64,000 nucleotides of DNA from Haplodiscus bocki (lineage: Eukaryota). This document shows positions 14,001 through 29,000 of this stretch, piece by piece. The translations under genes and the position numbers were made by a program. The stretch covers positions 2,728,001 through 2,792,000 of the forward strand of contig OZ296652.1 in assembly GCA_965655095.1 (NCBI GenBank), written 5' to 3'. Within the stretch, counting starts at the first letter, position 1, and every line of letters begins with the position of its first letter. The notes beneath the pieces are model-generated. The model was not told where the DNA came from. It did no database searches and worked only from the letters and a program-made list of their open reading frames with translations.

Positions 14001-17000
14001 CCGGGCCTTTTAAAAAATGTGGCACCGTCTGCGGTGGTTCGACATCCCGTAGGACGCCTCTTCTCTTCCACCACCTTCTGCTCACGCATTACTACTACAC
14101 TAATGGACAAAACAAAGCAGATTTCAAGGATGAACCAAATGACATTAGAACCCTAAAACTTTGTGAACTTTGATGAACCTGACTAGTGCCGATGCATCGC
14201 ACTGCAAAAAAAAGCCCATGCGTTGCCCATTTTAACGTATTGGATATCTTTTGACTCAAGGCGGTGTCAGGGCCAAAATATTCATTCGCTCAAGCTTGGA
14301 TACACTTTACTTGACTCAACCAAAAAATGCTTGCAGATTTCTACCAGTGTGGAACTTTGTCCATCTACAGAAAGTGATAAATTTTGCCATCGAAAGTTAA
14401 CGATGATCTGGTTGGAGGGCGATTAATAGTGTTTACTTGTATAATTGTTGTTGACGAAACTCGCAATCGCAAGTCCACGAAAGGATGGATTGTTGAAATT
14501 GATGCTGACCAAATTCACCCTTACTCAATGTGTCGACCTATGCTTACAGGACTTCACACAAAAAACAATTTCGGTGCAGAAGTGCAATGATTCAAGCCTC
14601 GTCAGAACAAGTCTGAGAGCTTCAAAGAAAGTTATGTCGTACTTTCGATGAAGGACAACCGATTGTAAAACTGAGAATTTCTGCATAACAGGAAGTCAAA
14701 GAAGATCGATTGTTTCAATGCAAAGGAGCTTTGTGGACTTCTCAATTTAGTGCTTGAGGCAAGGAGTTGTTTTTAACCGAACTGTTTTTTAAAGGAGCAC
14801 AACCAGCTCTAATTTAAGATGAAATCCAACAGAAAACGAAAGGGAGAGAAAAGGATGAAATGAACAATATACCACAGAGAACGGTTTCACTGTTGTCGAG
14901 ATGTGAGAAAGTCCATGTTGGAAATTCTACACGACGGATCTAGTGGTAGAGAACACTTGAAAATTTATGTCCCATACAAGCCCCCATTTCGTTAGGATCC
15001 GTTTTTGGAGCAGATAAAATCAGACTTATTGTTTAGTTATGTACAGTGTAATATGAAGGTCTCGGAACATCTTAGAGAACATTTCGCCACTTTTTCGCCA
15101 ATTTTCGAAAAATAAACATGTGTCGACAAAGTAAAGGTCCATTATAGGAGGGTAAGCTCAGAATAAAAGGTTATTGTCCCAACCGTGACAAATGTTAATT
15201 TCTAGATTCGAGCTAACCAATGGAACCATTACTCCCTTGCTACTATTTTAATTCGAGTTGAGACTCTTGAGCACAAAAAATATCGCTCTGTTGATTAGAC
15301 ACCTGTGAAATGTGTTAACGACTTTGTGCAATCTTCTATTAATGCTGGTCGTCAGTGAGCCCGATATTCCCATTTGTATTGTTGTTGCAGAAACTGTTAA
15401 ATTGCTTACCAACAGCTCGTTTGGTTATCAAGTTTGGACCGCAGTCGCCAGTCAATTACAAAATACATGAATGATGAAAAAACACATGCATCGATCAACA
15501 TTAAAATGTTCAGGAGATTGGGTATTATCAACGACCAACTTTACGGAGTGAAGTTTGCCAAATCTGAAATTGAACACGGGAATCAATCAGTTTAGTCTTC
15601 TTTATCTTAGGTACACTAAATTGAGAATGCTGGAGCTGTAGTACAACTTTTTTCCACAAAATTTTGCGATAAGAAGTATGAGTAGTTGTAAAGAGACAGC
15701 AATTCACTGTGTTTAGTATTAGCAGTAAATGAAATGGCTGTTTGTATACGAACTGAGAAGGCATGAACCGGAACTGTTACGTAGCATAAACTGTAATAAA
15801 TGGTTCACCGCAGACGCTTGCAGCAGTTTTTTCCCCATGAATTGTTGTGCTAAACAAAATGAAGACATGATGAGAGAGAGAACCTGGATTGCTCAAGGAA
15901 GAATTCTGATGTGCCAAAGAGTTGACATTGTGTAATAAGACATACTGCCTCAGTGAATCTCTGAGCAACAAGTGTAAATTCAGCAGCAAAGGATTGAACA
16001 TACGGACATTTGAAGACATTGGTGATGCACCCATGGCAAAAATAAAAAATTTCGGACGAAGTAACAAACGAAACATTCACTAAACGTGAGTTTCGCAAAA
16101 AGAATCTTTGTTTTGCAACCTACGAGCAAATAAAGAAGTAACTCTTTTCCTATCTACCAAAACAAAAAGTAGACGCAGATGCAGTCAGTACTCATCCATC
16201 GCGAGTTTAAATTTCAAAAATTTTAGGTTTTACTCACATATAAAAGCTAATTCACTGTTTAAAAATTTTCAAATGGATCATTTCACATAGCAGCAAGCAA
16301 AAACCGCAAGAAAATAGCCGCAGACGTAAAAAATTATGCAAAGTCGCAATGAAAAATCTGCCGGGCCTTTTAAAAAATGTGGCACCGTCTGCGGTGGTTC
16401 GACATCCCGTAGGACGCCTCTTCTCTTCCACCACCTTCTGCTCACGCATTACTACTACACTAATGGACAAAACAAAGCAGATTTCAAGGATGAACCAAAT
16501 GACATTAGAACCCTAAAACTTTGTGAACTTTGATGAACCTGACTAGTGCCGATGCATCGCACTGCAAAAAAAAGCCCATGCGTTGCCCATTTTAACGTAT
16601 TGGATATCTTTTGACTCAAGGCGGTGTCAGGGCCAAAATATTCATTCGCTCAAGCTTGGATACACTTTACTTGACTCAACCAAAAAATGCTTGCAGATTT
16701 CTACCAGTGTGGAACTTTGTCCATCTACAGAAAGTGATAAATTTTGCCATCGAAAGTTAACGATGATCTGGTTGGAGGGCGATTAATAGTGTTTACTTGT
16801 ATAATTGTTGTTGACGAAACTCGCAATCGCAAGTCCACGAAAGGATGGATTGTTGAAATTGATGCTGACCAAATTCACCCTTACTCAATGTGTCGACCTA
16901 TGCTTACAGGACTTCACACAAAAAACAATTTCGGTGCAGAAGTGCAATGATTCAAGCCTCGTCAGAACAAGTCTGAGAGCTTCAAAGAAAGTTATGTCGT

Positions 17001-20000
17001 ACTTTCGATGAAGGACAACCGATTGTAAAACTGAGAATTTCTGCATAACAGGAAGTCAAAGAAGATCGATTGTTTCAATGCAAAGGAGCTTTGTGGACTT
17101 CTCAATTTAGTGCTTGAGGCAAGGAGTTGTTTTTAACCGAACTGTTTTTTAAAGGAGCACAACCAGCTCTAATTTAAGATGAAATCCAACAGAAAACGAA
17201 AGGGAGAGAAAAGGATGAAATGAACAATATACCACAGAGAACGGTTTCACTGTTGTCGAGATGTGAGAAAGTCCATGTTGGAAATTCTACACGACGGATC
17301 TAGTGGTAGAGAACACTTGAAAATTTATGTCCCATACAAGCCCCCATTTCGTTAGGATCCGTTTTTGGAGCAGATAAAATCAGACTTATTGTTTAGTTAT
17401 GTACAGTGTAATATGAAGGTCTCGGAACATCTTAGAGAACATTTCGCCACTTTTTCGCCAATTTTCGAAAAATAAACATGTGTCGACAAAGTAAAGGTCC
17501 ATTATAGGAGGGTAAGCTCAGAATAAAAGGTTATTGTCCCAACCGTGACAAATGTTAATTTCTAGATTCGAGCTAACCAATGGAACCATTACTCCCTTGC
17601 TACTATTTTAATTCGAGTTGAGACTCTTGAGCACAAAAAATATCGCTCTGTTGATTAGACACCTGTGAAATGTGTTAACGACTTTGTGCAATCTTCTATT
17701 AATGCTGGTCGTCAGTGAGCCGATATTCCCATTTGTATTGTTGTTGCAGAAACTGTTAAATTGCTTACCAACAGCTCGTTTGGTTATCAAGTTTGGACCG
17801 CAGTCGCCAGTCAATTACAAAATACATGAATGATGAAAAAACACATGCATCGATGTGCCAAAGAGTTGACATTGTGTAATAAGACATACTGCCTCAGTGA
17901 ATCTCTGAGCAACAAGTGTAAATTCAGCAGCAAAGGATTGAACATACGGACATTTGAAGACATTGGTGATGCACCCATGGCAAAAATAAAAAATTTCGGA
18001 CGAAGTAACAAACGAAACATTCACTAAACGTTAGTTTCGCAAAAAGAATCTTTGTTTTGCAACCTACGAGCAAATAAAGAAGTAACTCTTTTCCTATCTA
18101 CCAAAACAAAAAGTAGACGCAGATGCAGTCAGTACTCATCCATCGCGAGTTTAAATTTCAAAAATTTTAGGTTTTACTCACATATAAAAGCTAATTCACT
18201 GTTTAAAAATTTTCAAATGGATCATTTCACATAGCAGCAAGCAAAAACCGCAAGAAAATAGCCGCAGACGTAAAAAATTATGCAAAGTCGCAATGAAAAA
18301 TCTGCCGGGCCTTTTAAAAAATGTGGCACCGTCTGCGGTGGTTCGACATCCCGTAGGACGCCTCTTCTCTTCCACCACCTTCTGCTCACGCATTACTACT
18401 ACACTAATGGACAAAACAAAGCAGATTTCAAGGATGAACCAAATGACATTAGAACCCTAAAACTTTGTGAACTTTGATGAACCTGACTAGTGCCGATGCA
18501 TCGCACTGCAAAAAAAGCCCATGCGTTGCCCATTTTAACGTATTGGATATCTTTTGACTCAAGGCGGTGTCAGGGCCAAAATATTCATTCGCTCAAGCTT
18601 GGATACACTTTACTTGACTCAACCAAAAAATGCTTGCAGATTTCTACCAGTGTGGAACTTTGTCCATCTACAGAAAGTGATAAATTTTGCCATCGAAAGT
18701 TAACGATGATCTGGTTGGAGGGCGATTAATAGTGTTTACTTGTATAATTGTTGTTGACGAAACTCGCAATCGCAAGTCCACGAAAGGATGGATTGTTGAA
18801 ATTGATGCTGACCAAATTCACCCTTACTCAATGTGTCGACCTATGCTTACAGGACTTCACACAAAAAACAATTTCGGTGCAGAAGTGCAATGATTCAAGC
18901 CTCGTCAGAACAAGTCTGAGAGCTTCAAAGAAAGTTATGTCGTACTTTCGATGAAGGACAACCGATTGTAAAACTGAGAATTTCTGCATAACAGGAAGTC
19001 AAAGAAGATCGATTGTTTCAATGCAAAGGAGCTTTGTGGACTTCTCAATTTAGTGCTTGAGGCAAGGAGTTGATTTTAACCGAACTGTTTTTTAAAGGAG
19101 CACAACCAGCTCTAATTTAAGATGAAATCCAACAGAAAACGAAAGGGAGAGAAAAGGATGAAATGAACAATATACCACAGAGAACGGTTTCACTGTTGTC
19201 GAGATGTGAGAAAGTCCATGTTGGAAATTCTACACGACGGATCTAGTGGTAGAGAACACTTGAAAATTTATGTCCCATACAAGCCCCCATTTCGTTAGGA
19301 TCCGTTTTTGGAGCAGATAAAATCAGACTTATTGTTTAGTTATGTACAGTGTAATATGAAGGTCTCGGAACATCTTAGAGAACATTTCGCCACTTTTTCG
19401 CCAATTTTCGAAAAATAAACATGTGTCGACAAAGTAAAGGTCCATTATAGGAGGGTAAGCTCAGAATAAAAGGTTATTGTCCCAACCGTGACAAATGTTA
19501 ATTTCTAGATTCGAGCTAACCAATGGAACCATTACTCCCTTGCTACTATTTTAATTCGAGTTGAGACTCTTGAGCACAAAAAATATCGCTCTGTTGATTA
19601 GACACCTGTGAAATGTGTTAACGACTTTGTGCAATCTTCTATTAATGCTGGTCGTCAGTGAGCCGATATTCCCATTTGTATTGTTGTTGCAGAAACTGTT
19701 AAATTGCTTACCAACAGCTCGTTTGGTTATCAAGTTTGGACCGCAGTCGCCAGTCAATTACAAAATACATGAATGATGAAAAAACACATGCATCGATCAA
19801 CATTAAAATGTTCAGGAGATTGGGTATTATCAACAACCAACTTTACGGAGTGAAGTTTGCCAAATCTGAAATTGAACACGGGAATCAATCAGTTTAGTCT
19901 TCTTTATCTTAGGTACACTAAATTGAGAATGCTGGAGCTGTAGTACAACTTTTTTCCACAAAATTTTGCGATAAGAAGTATGAGTAGTTGTAAAGAGACA

Positions 20001-23000
20001 GCAATTCACTGTGTTTAGTATTAGCAGTAAATGAAATGGCTGTTTGTATACGAACTGAGAAGGCATGAACCGGAACTGTTACGTAGCATAAACTGTAATA
20101 AATGGTTCACCGCAGACGCTTGCAGCAGTTTTTTCCCCATGAATTGTTGTGCTAAACAAAATGAAGACATGATGAGAGAGAGAACCTGGATTGCTCAAGG
20201 AAGAATTCTGATGTGCCAAAGAGTTGACATTGTGTAATAAGACATACTGCCTCAGTGAATCTCTGAGCAACAAGTGTAAATTCAGCAGCAAAGGATTGAA
20301 CATACGGACATTTGAAGACATTGGTGATGCACCCATGGCAAAAATAAAAAATTTCGGACGAAGTAACAAACGAAACATTCACTAAACGTGAGTTTCGCAA
20401 AAAGAATCTTTGTTTTGCAACCTACGAGCAAATAAAGAAGTAACTCTTTTCCTATCTACCAAAACAAAAAGTAGACGCAGATGCAGTCAGTACTCATCCA
20501 TCGCGAGTTTAAATTTCAAAAATTTTAGGTTTTACTCACATATAAAAGCTAATTCACTGTTTAAAAATTTTCAAATGGATCATTTCACATAGCAGCAAGC
20601 AAAAACCGCAAGAAAATAGCCGCAGACGTAAAAAATTATGCAAAGTCGCAATGAAAAATCTGCCGGGCCTTTTAAAAAATGTGGCACCGTCTGCGGTGGT
20701 TCGACATCCCGTAGGACGCCTCTTCTCTTCCACCACCTTCTGCTCACGCATTACTACTACACTAATGGACAAAACAAAGCAGATTTCAAGGATGAACCAA
20801 ATGACATTAGAACCCTAAAACTTTGTGAACTTTGATGAACCTGACTAGTGCCGATGCATCGCACTGCAAAAAAAAGCCCATGCGTTGCCCATTTTAACGT
20901 ATTGGATATCTTTTGACTCAAGGCGGTGTCAGGGCCAAAATATTCATTCGCTCAAGCTTGGATACACTTTACTTGACTCAACCAAAAAATGCTTGCAGAT
21001 TTCTACCAGTGTGGAACTTTGTCCATCTACAGAAAGTGATAAATTTTGCCATCGAAAGTTAACGATGATCTGGTTGGAGGGCGATTAATAGTGTTTACTT
21101 GTATAATTGTTGTTGACGAAACTCGCAATCGCAAGTCCACGAAAGGATGGATTGTTGAAATTGATGCTGACCAAATTCACCCTTACTCAATGTGTCGACC
21201 TATGCTTACAGGACTTCACACAAAAAACAATTTCGGTGCAGAAGTGCAATGATTCAAGCCTCGTCAGAACAAGTCTGAGAGCTTCAAAGAAAGTTATGTC
21301 GTACTTTCGATGAAGGACAACCGATTGTAAAACTGAGAATTTCTGCATAACAGGAAGTCAAAGAAGATCGATTGTTTCAATGCAAAGGAGCTTTGTGGAC
21401 TTCTCAATTTAGTGCTTGAGGCAAGGAGTTGTTTTTAACCGAACTGTTTTTTAAAGGAGCACAACCAGCTCTAATTTAAGATGAAATCCAACAGAAAACG
21501 AAAGGGAGAGAAAAGGATGAAATGAACAATATACCACAGAGAACGGTTTCACTGTTGTCGAGATGTGAGAAAGTCCATGTTGGAAATTCTACACGACGGA
21601 TCTAGTGGTAGAGAACACTTGAAAATTTATGTCCCATACAAGCCCCCATTTCGTTAGGATCCGTTTTTGGAGCAGATAAAATCAGACTTATTGTTTAGTT
21701 ATGTACAGTGTAATATGAAGGTCTCGGAACATCTTAGAGAACATTTCGCCACTTTTTCGCCAATTTTCGAAAAATAAACATGTGTCGACAAAGTAAAGGT
21801 CCATTATAGGAGGGTAAGCTCAGAATAAAAGGTTATTGTCCCAACCGTGACAAATGTTAATTTCTAGATTCGAGCTAACCAATGGAACCATTACTCCCTT
21901 GCTACTATTTTAATTCGAGTTGAGACTCTTGAGCACAAAAAATATCGCTCTGTTGATTAGACACCTGTGAAATGTGTTAACGACTTTGTGCAATCTTCTA
22001 TTAATGCTGGTCGTCAGTGAGCCGATATTCCCATTTGTATTGTTGTTGCAGAAACTGTTAAATTGCTTACCAACAGCTCGTTTGGTTATCAAGTTTGGAC
22101 CGCAGTCGCCAGTCAATTACAAAATACATGAATGATGAAAAAACACATGCATCGATCAACATTAAAATGTTCAGGAGATTGGGTATTATCAACAACCAAC
22201 TTTACGGAGTGAAGTTTGCCAAATCTGAAATTGAACACGGGAATCAATCAGTTTAGTCTTCTTTATCTTAGGTACACTAAATTGAGAATGCTGGAGCTGT
22301 AGTACAACTTTTTTCCACAAAATTTTGCGATAAGAAGTATGAGTAGTTGTAAAGAGACAGCAATTCACTGTGTTTAGTATTAGCAGTAAATGAAATGGCT
22401 GTTTGTATACGAACTGAGAAGGCATGAACCGGAACTGTTACGTAGCATAAACTGTAATAAATGGTTCACCGCAGACGCTTGCAGCAGTTTTTTCCCCATG
22501 AATTGTTGTGCTAAACAAAATGAAGACATGATGAGAGAGAGAACCTGGATTGCTCAAGGAAGAATTCTGATGTGCCAAAGAGTTGACATTGTGTAATAAG
22601 ACATACTGCCTCAGTGAATCTCTGAGCAACAAGTGTAAATTCAGCAGCAAAGGATTGAACATACGGACATTTGAAGACATTGGTGATGCACCCATGGCAA
22701 AAATAAAAAATTTCGGACGAAGTAACAAACGAAACATTCACTAAACGTGAGTTTCGCAAAAAGAATCTTTGTTTTGCAACCTACGAGCAAATAAAGAAGT
22801 AACTCTTTTCCTATCTACCAAAACAAAAAGTAGACGCAGATGCAGTCAGTACTCATCCATCGCGAGTTTAAATTTCAAAAATTTTAGGTTTTACTCACAT
22901 ATAAAAGCTAATTCACTGTTTAAAAATTTTCAAATGGATCATTTCACATAGCAGCAAGCAAAAACCGCAAGAAAATAGCCGCAGACGTAAAAAATTATGC

Positions 23001-26000
23001 AAAGTCGCAATGAAAAATCTGCCGGGCCTTTTAAAAAATGTGGCACCGTCTGCGGTGGTTCGACATCCCGTAGGACGCCTCTTCTCTTCCACCACCTTCT
23101 GCTCACGCATTACTACTACACTAATGGACAAAACAAAGCAGATTTCAAGGATGAACCAAATGACATTAGAACCCTAAAACTTTGTGAACTTTGATGAACC
23201 TGACTAGTGCCGATGCATCGCACTGCAAAAAAAAGCCCATGCGTTGCCCATTTTAACGTATTGGATATCTTTTGACTCAAGGCGGTGTCAGGGCCAAAAT
23301 ATTCATTCGCTCAAGCTTGGATACACTTTACTTGACTCAACCAAAAAATGCTTGCAGATTTCTACCAGTGTGGAACTTTGTCCATCTACAGAAAGTGATA
23401 AATTTTGCCATCGAAAGTTAACGATGATCTGGTTGGAGGGCGATTAATAGTGTTTACTTGTATAATTGTTGTTGACGAAACTCGCAATCGCAAGTCCACG
23501 AAAGGATGGATTGTTGAAATTGATGCTGACCAAATTCACCCTTACTCAATGTGTCGACCTATGCTTACAGGACTTCACACAAAAAACAATTTCGGTGCAG
23601 AAGTGCAATGATTCAAGCCTCGTCAGAACAAGTCTGAGAGCTTCAAAGAAAGTTATGTCGTACTTTCGATGAAGGACAACCGATTGTAAAACTGAGAATT
23701 TCTGCATAACAGGAAGTCAAAGAAGATCGATTGTTTCAATGCAAAGGAGCTTTGTGGACTTCTCAATTTAGTGCTTGAGGCAAGGAGTTGTTTTTAACCG
23801 AACTGTTTTTTAAAGGAGGACAACCAGCTCTAATTTAAGATGAAATCCAACAGAAAACGAAAGGGAGAGAAAAGGATGAAATGAACAATATACCACAGAG
23901 AACGGTTTCACTGTTGTCGAGATGTGAGAAAGTCCATGTTGGAAATTCTACACGACGGATCTAGTGGTAGAGAACACTTGAAAATTTATGTCCCATACAA
24001 GCCCCCATTTCGTTAGGATCCGTTTTTGGAGCAGATAAAATCAGACTTATTGTTTAGTTATGTACAGTGTAATATGAAGGTCTCGGAACATCTTAGAGAA
24101 CATTTCGCCACTTTTTCGCCAATTTTCGAAAAATAAACATGTGTCGACAAAGTAAAGGTCCATTATAGGAGGGTAAGCTCAGAATAAAAGGTTATTGTCC
24201 CAACCGTGACAAATGTTAATTTCTAGATTCGAGCTAACCAATGGAACCATTACTCCCTTGCTACTATTTTAATTCGAGTTGAGACTCTTGAGCACAAAAA
24301 ATATCGCTCTGTTGATTAGACACCTGTGAAATGTGTTAACGACTTTGTGCAATCTTCTATTAATGCTGGTCGTCAGTGAGCCGATATTCCCATTTGTATT
24401 GTTGTTGCAGAAACTGTTAAATTGCTTACCAACAGCTCGTTTGGTTATCAAGTTTGGACCGCAGTCGCCAGTCAATTACAAAATACATGAATGATGAAAA
24501 AACACATGCATCGATCAACATTAAAACGTTCAGGAGATTGGGTATTATCAACAACCAACTTTACGGAGTGAAGTTTGCCAAATCTGAAATTGAACACGGG
24601 AATCAATCAGTTTAGTCTTCTTTATCTTAGGTACACTAAATTGAGAATGCTGGAGCTGTAGTACAACTTTTTTCCACAAAATTTTGCGATAAGAAGTATG
24701 AGTAGTTGTAAAGAGACAGCAATTCACTGTGTTTAGTATTAGCAGTAAATGAAATGGCTGTTTGTATACGAACTGAGAAGGCATGAACCGGAACTGTTAC
24801 GTAGCATAAACTGTAATAAATGGTTCACCGCAGACGCTTGCAGCAGTTTTTTCCCCATGAATTGTTGTGCTAAACAAAATGAAGACATGATGAGAGAGAG
24901 AACCTGGATTGCTCAAGGAAGAATTCTGATGTGCCAAAGAGTTGACATTGTGTAATAAGACATACTGCCTCAGTGAATCTCTGAGCAACAAGTGTAAATT
25001 CAGCAGCAAAGGATTGAACATACGGACATTTGAAGACATTGGTGATGCACCCATGGCAAAAATAAAAAATTTCGGACGAAGTAACAAACGAAACATTCAC
25101 TAAACGTGAGTTTCGCAAAAAGAATCTTTGTTTTGCAACCTACGAGCAAATAAAGAAGTAACTCTTTTCCTATCTACCAAAACAAAAAGTAGACGCAGAT
25201 GCAGTCAGTACTCATCCATCGCGAGTTTAAATTTCAAAAATTTTAGGTTTTACTCACATATAAAAGCTAATTCACTGTTTAAAAATTTTCAAATGGATCA
25301 TTTCACATAGCAGCAAGCAAAAACCGCAAGAAAATAGCCGCAGACGTAAAAAATTATGCAAAGTCGCAATGAAAAATCTGCCGGGCCTTTTAAAAAATGT
25401 GGCACCGTCTGCGGTGGTTCGACATCCCGTAGGACGCCTCTTCTCTTCCACCACCTTCTGCTCACGCATTACTACTACACTAATGGACAAAACAAAGCAG
25501 ATTTCAAGGATGAACCAAATGACATTAGAACCCTAAAACTTTGTGAACTTTGATGAACCTGACTAGTGCCGATGCATCGCACTGCAAAAAAAAGCCCATG
25601 CGTTGCCCATTTTAACGTATTGGATATCTTTTGACTCAAGGCGGTGTCAGGGCCAAAATATTCATTCGCTCAAGCTTGGATACACTTTACTTGACTCAAC
25701 CAAAAAATGCTTGCAGATTTCTACCAGTGTGGAACTTTGTCCATCTACAGAAAGTGATAAATTTTGCCATCGAAAGTTAACGATGATCTGGTTGGAGGGC
25801 GATTAATAGTGTTTACTTGTATAATTGTTGTTGACGAAACTCGCAATCGCAAGTCCACGAAAGGATGGATTGTTGAAATTGATGCTGACCAAATTCACCC
25901 TTACTCAATGTGTCGACCTATGCTTACAGGACTTCACACAAAAAACAATTTCGGTGCAGAAGTGCAATGATTCAAGCCTCGTCAGAACAAGTCTGAGAGC

Positions 26001-29000
26001 TTCAAAGAAAGTTATGTCGTACTTTCGATGAAGGACAACCGATTGTAAAACTGAGAATTTCTGCATAACAGGAAGTCAAAGAAGATCGATTGTTTCAATG
26101 CAAAGGAGCTTTGTGGACTTCTCAATTTAGTGCTTGAGGCAAGGAGTTGTTTTTAACCGAACTGTTTTTTAAAGGAGCACAACCAGCTCTAATTTAAGAT
26201 GAAATCCAACAGAAAACGAAAGGGAGAGAAAAGGATGAAATGAACAATATACCACAGAGAACGGTTTCACTGTTGTCGAGATGTGAGAAAGTCCATGTTG
26301 GAAATTCTACACGACGGATCTAGTGGTAGAGAACACTTGAAAATTTATGTCCCATACAAGCCCCCATTTCGTTAGGATCCGTTTTTGGAGCAGATAAAAT
26401 CAGACTTATTGTTTAGTTATGTACAGTGTAATATGAAGGTCTCGGAACATCTTAGAGAACATTTCGCCACTTTTTCGCCAATTTTCGAAAAATAAACATG
26501 TGTCGACAAAGTAAAGGTCCATTATAGGAGGGTAAGCTCAGAATAAAAGGTTATTGTCCCAACCGTGACAAATGTTAATTTCTAGATTCGAGCTAACCAA
26601 TGGAACCATTACTCCCTTGCTACTATTTTAATTCGAGTTGAGACTCTTGAGCACAAAAAATATCGCTCTGTTGATTAGACACCTGTGAAATGTGTTAACG
26701 ACTTTGTGCAATCTTCTATTAATGCTGGTCGTCAGTGAGCCGATATTCCCATTTGTATTGTTGTTGCAGAAACTGTTAAATTGCTTACCAACAGCTCGTT
26801 TGGTTATCAAGTTTGGACCGCAGTCGCCAGTCAATTACAAAATACATGAATGATGAAAAAACACATGCATCGATCAACATTAAAATGTTCAGGAGATTGG
26901 GTATTATCAACGACCAACTTTACGGAGTGAAGTTTGCCAAATCTGAAATTGAACACGGGAATCAATCAGTTTAGTCTTCTTTATCTTAGGTACACTAAAT
27001 TGAGAATGCTGGAGCTGTAGTACAACTTTTTTCCACAAAATTTTGCGATAAGAAGTATGAGTAGTTGTAAAGAGACAGCAATTCACTGTGTTTAGTATTA
27101 GCAGTAAATGAAATGGCTGTTTGTATACGAACTGAGAAGGCATGAACCGGAACTGTTACGTAGCATAAACTGTAATAAATGGTTCACCGCAGACGCTTGC
27201 AGCAGTTTTTTCCCCATGAATTGTTGTGCTAAACAAAATGAAGACATGATGAGAGAGAGAACCTGGATTGCTCAAGGAAGAATTCTGATGTGCCAAAGAG
27301 TTGACATTGTGTAATAAGACATACTGCCTCAGTGAATCTCTGAGCAACAAGTGTAAATTCAGCAGCAAAGGATTGAACATACGGACATTTGAAGACATTG
27401 GTGATGCACCCATGGCAAAAATAAAAAATTTCGGACGAAGTAACAAACGAAACATTCACTAAACGTGAGTTTCGCAAAAAGAATCTTTGTTTTGCAACCT
27501 ACGAGCAAATAAAGAAGTAACTCTTTTCCTATCTACCAAAACAAAAAGTAGACGCAGATGCAGTCAGTACTCATCCATCGCGAGTTTAAATTTCAAAAAT
27601 TTTAGGTTTTACTCACATATAAAAGCTAATTCACTGTTTAAAAATTTTCAAATGGATCATTTCACATAGCAGCAAGCAAAAACCGCAAGAAAATAGCCGC
27701 AGACGTAAAAAATTATGCAAAGTCGCAATGAAAAATCTGCCGGGCCTTTTAAAAAATGTGGCACCGTCTGCGGTGGTTCGACATCCCGTAGGACGCCTCT
27801 TCTCTTCCACCACCTTCTGCTCACGCATTACTACTACACTAATGGACAAAACAAAGCAGATTTCAAGGATGAACCAAATGACATTAGAACCCTAAAACTT
27901 TGTGAACTTTGATGAACCTGACTAGTGCCGATGCATCGCACTGCAAAAAAAAGCCCATGCGTTGCCCATTTTAACGTATTGGATATCTTTTGACTCAAGG
28001 CGGTGTCAGGGCCAAAATATTCATTCGCTCAAGCTTGGATACACTTTACTTGACTCAACCAAAAAATGCTTGCAGATTTCTACCAGTGTGGAACTTTGTC
28101 CATCTACAGAAAGTGATAAATTTTGCCATCGAAAGTTAACGATGATCTGGTTGGAGGGCGATTAATAGTGTTTACTTGTATAATTGTTGTTGACGAAACT
28201 CGCAATCGCAAGTCCACGAAAGGATGGATTGTTGAAATTGATGCTGACCAAATTCACCCTTACTCAATGTGTCGACCTATGCTTACAGGACTTCACACAA
28301 AAAACAATTTCGGTGCAGAAGTGCAATGATTCAAGCCTCGTCAGAACAAGTCTGAGAGCTTCAAAGAAAGTTATGTCGTACTTTCGATGAAGGACAACCG
28401 ATTGTAAAACTGAGAATTTCTGCATAACAGGAAGTCAAAGAAGATCGATTGTTTCAATGCAAAGGAGCTTTGTGGACTTCTCAATTTAGTGCTTGAGGCA
28501 AGGAGTTGTTTTTAACCGAACTGTTTTTTAAAGGAGCACAACCAGCTCTAATTTAAGATGAAATCCAACAGAAAACGAAAGGGAGAGAAAAGGATGAAAT
28601 GAACAATATACCACAGAGAACGGTTTCACTGTTGTCGAGATGTGAGAAAGTCCATGTTGGAAATTCTACACGACGGATCTAGTGGTAGAGAACACTTGAA
28701 AATTTATGTCCCATACAAGCCCCCATTTCGTTAGGATCCGTTTTTGGAGCAGATAAAATCAGACTTATTGTTTAGTTATGTACAGTGTAATATGAAGGTC
28801 TCGGAACATCTTAGAGAACATTTCGCCACTTTTTCGCCAATTTTCGAAAAATAAACATGTGTCGACAAAGTAAAGGTCCATTATAGGAGGGTAAGCTCAG
28901 AATAAAAGGTTATTGTCCCAACCGTGACAAATGTTAATTTCTAGATTCGAGCTAACCAATGGAACCATTACTCCCTTGCTACTATTTTAATTCGAGTTGA

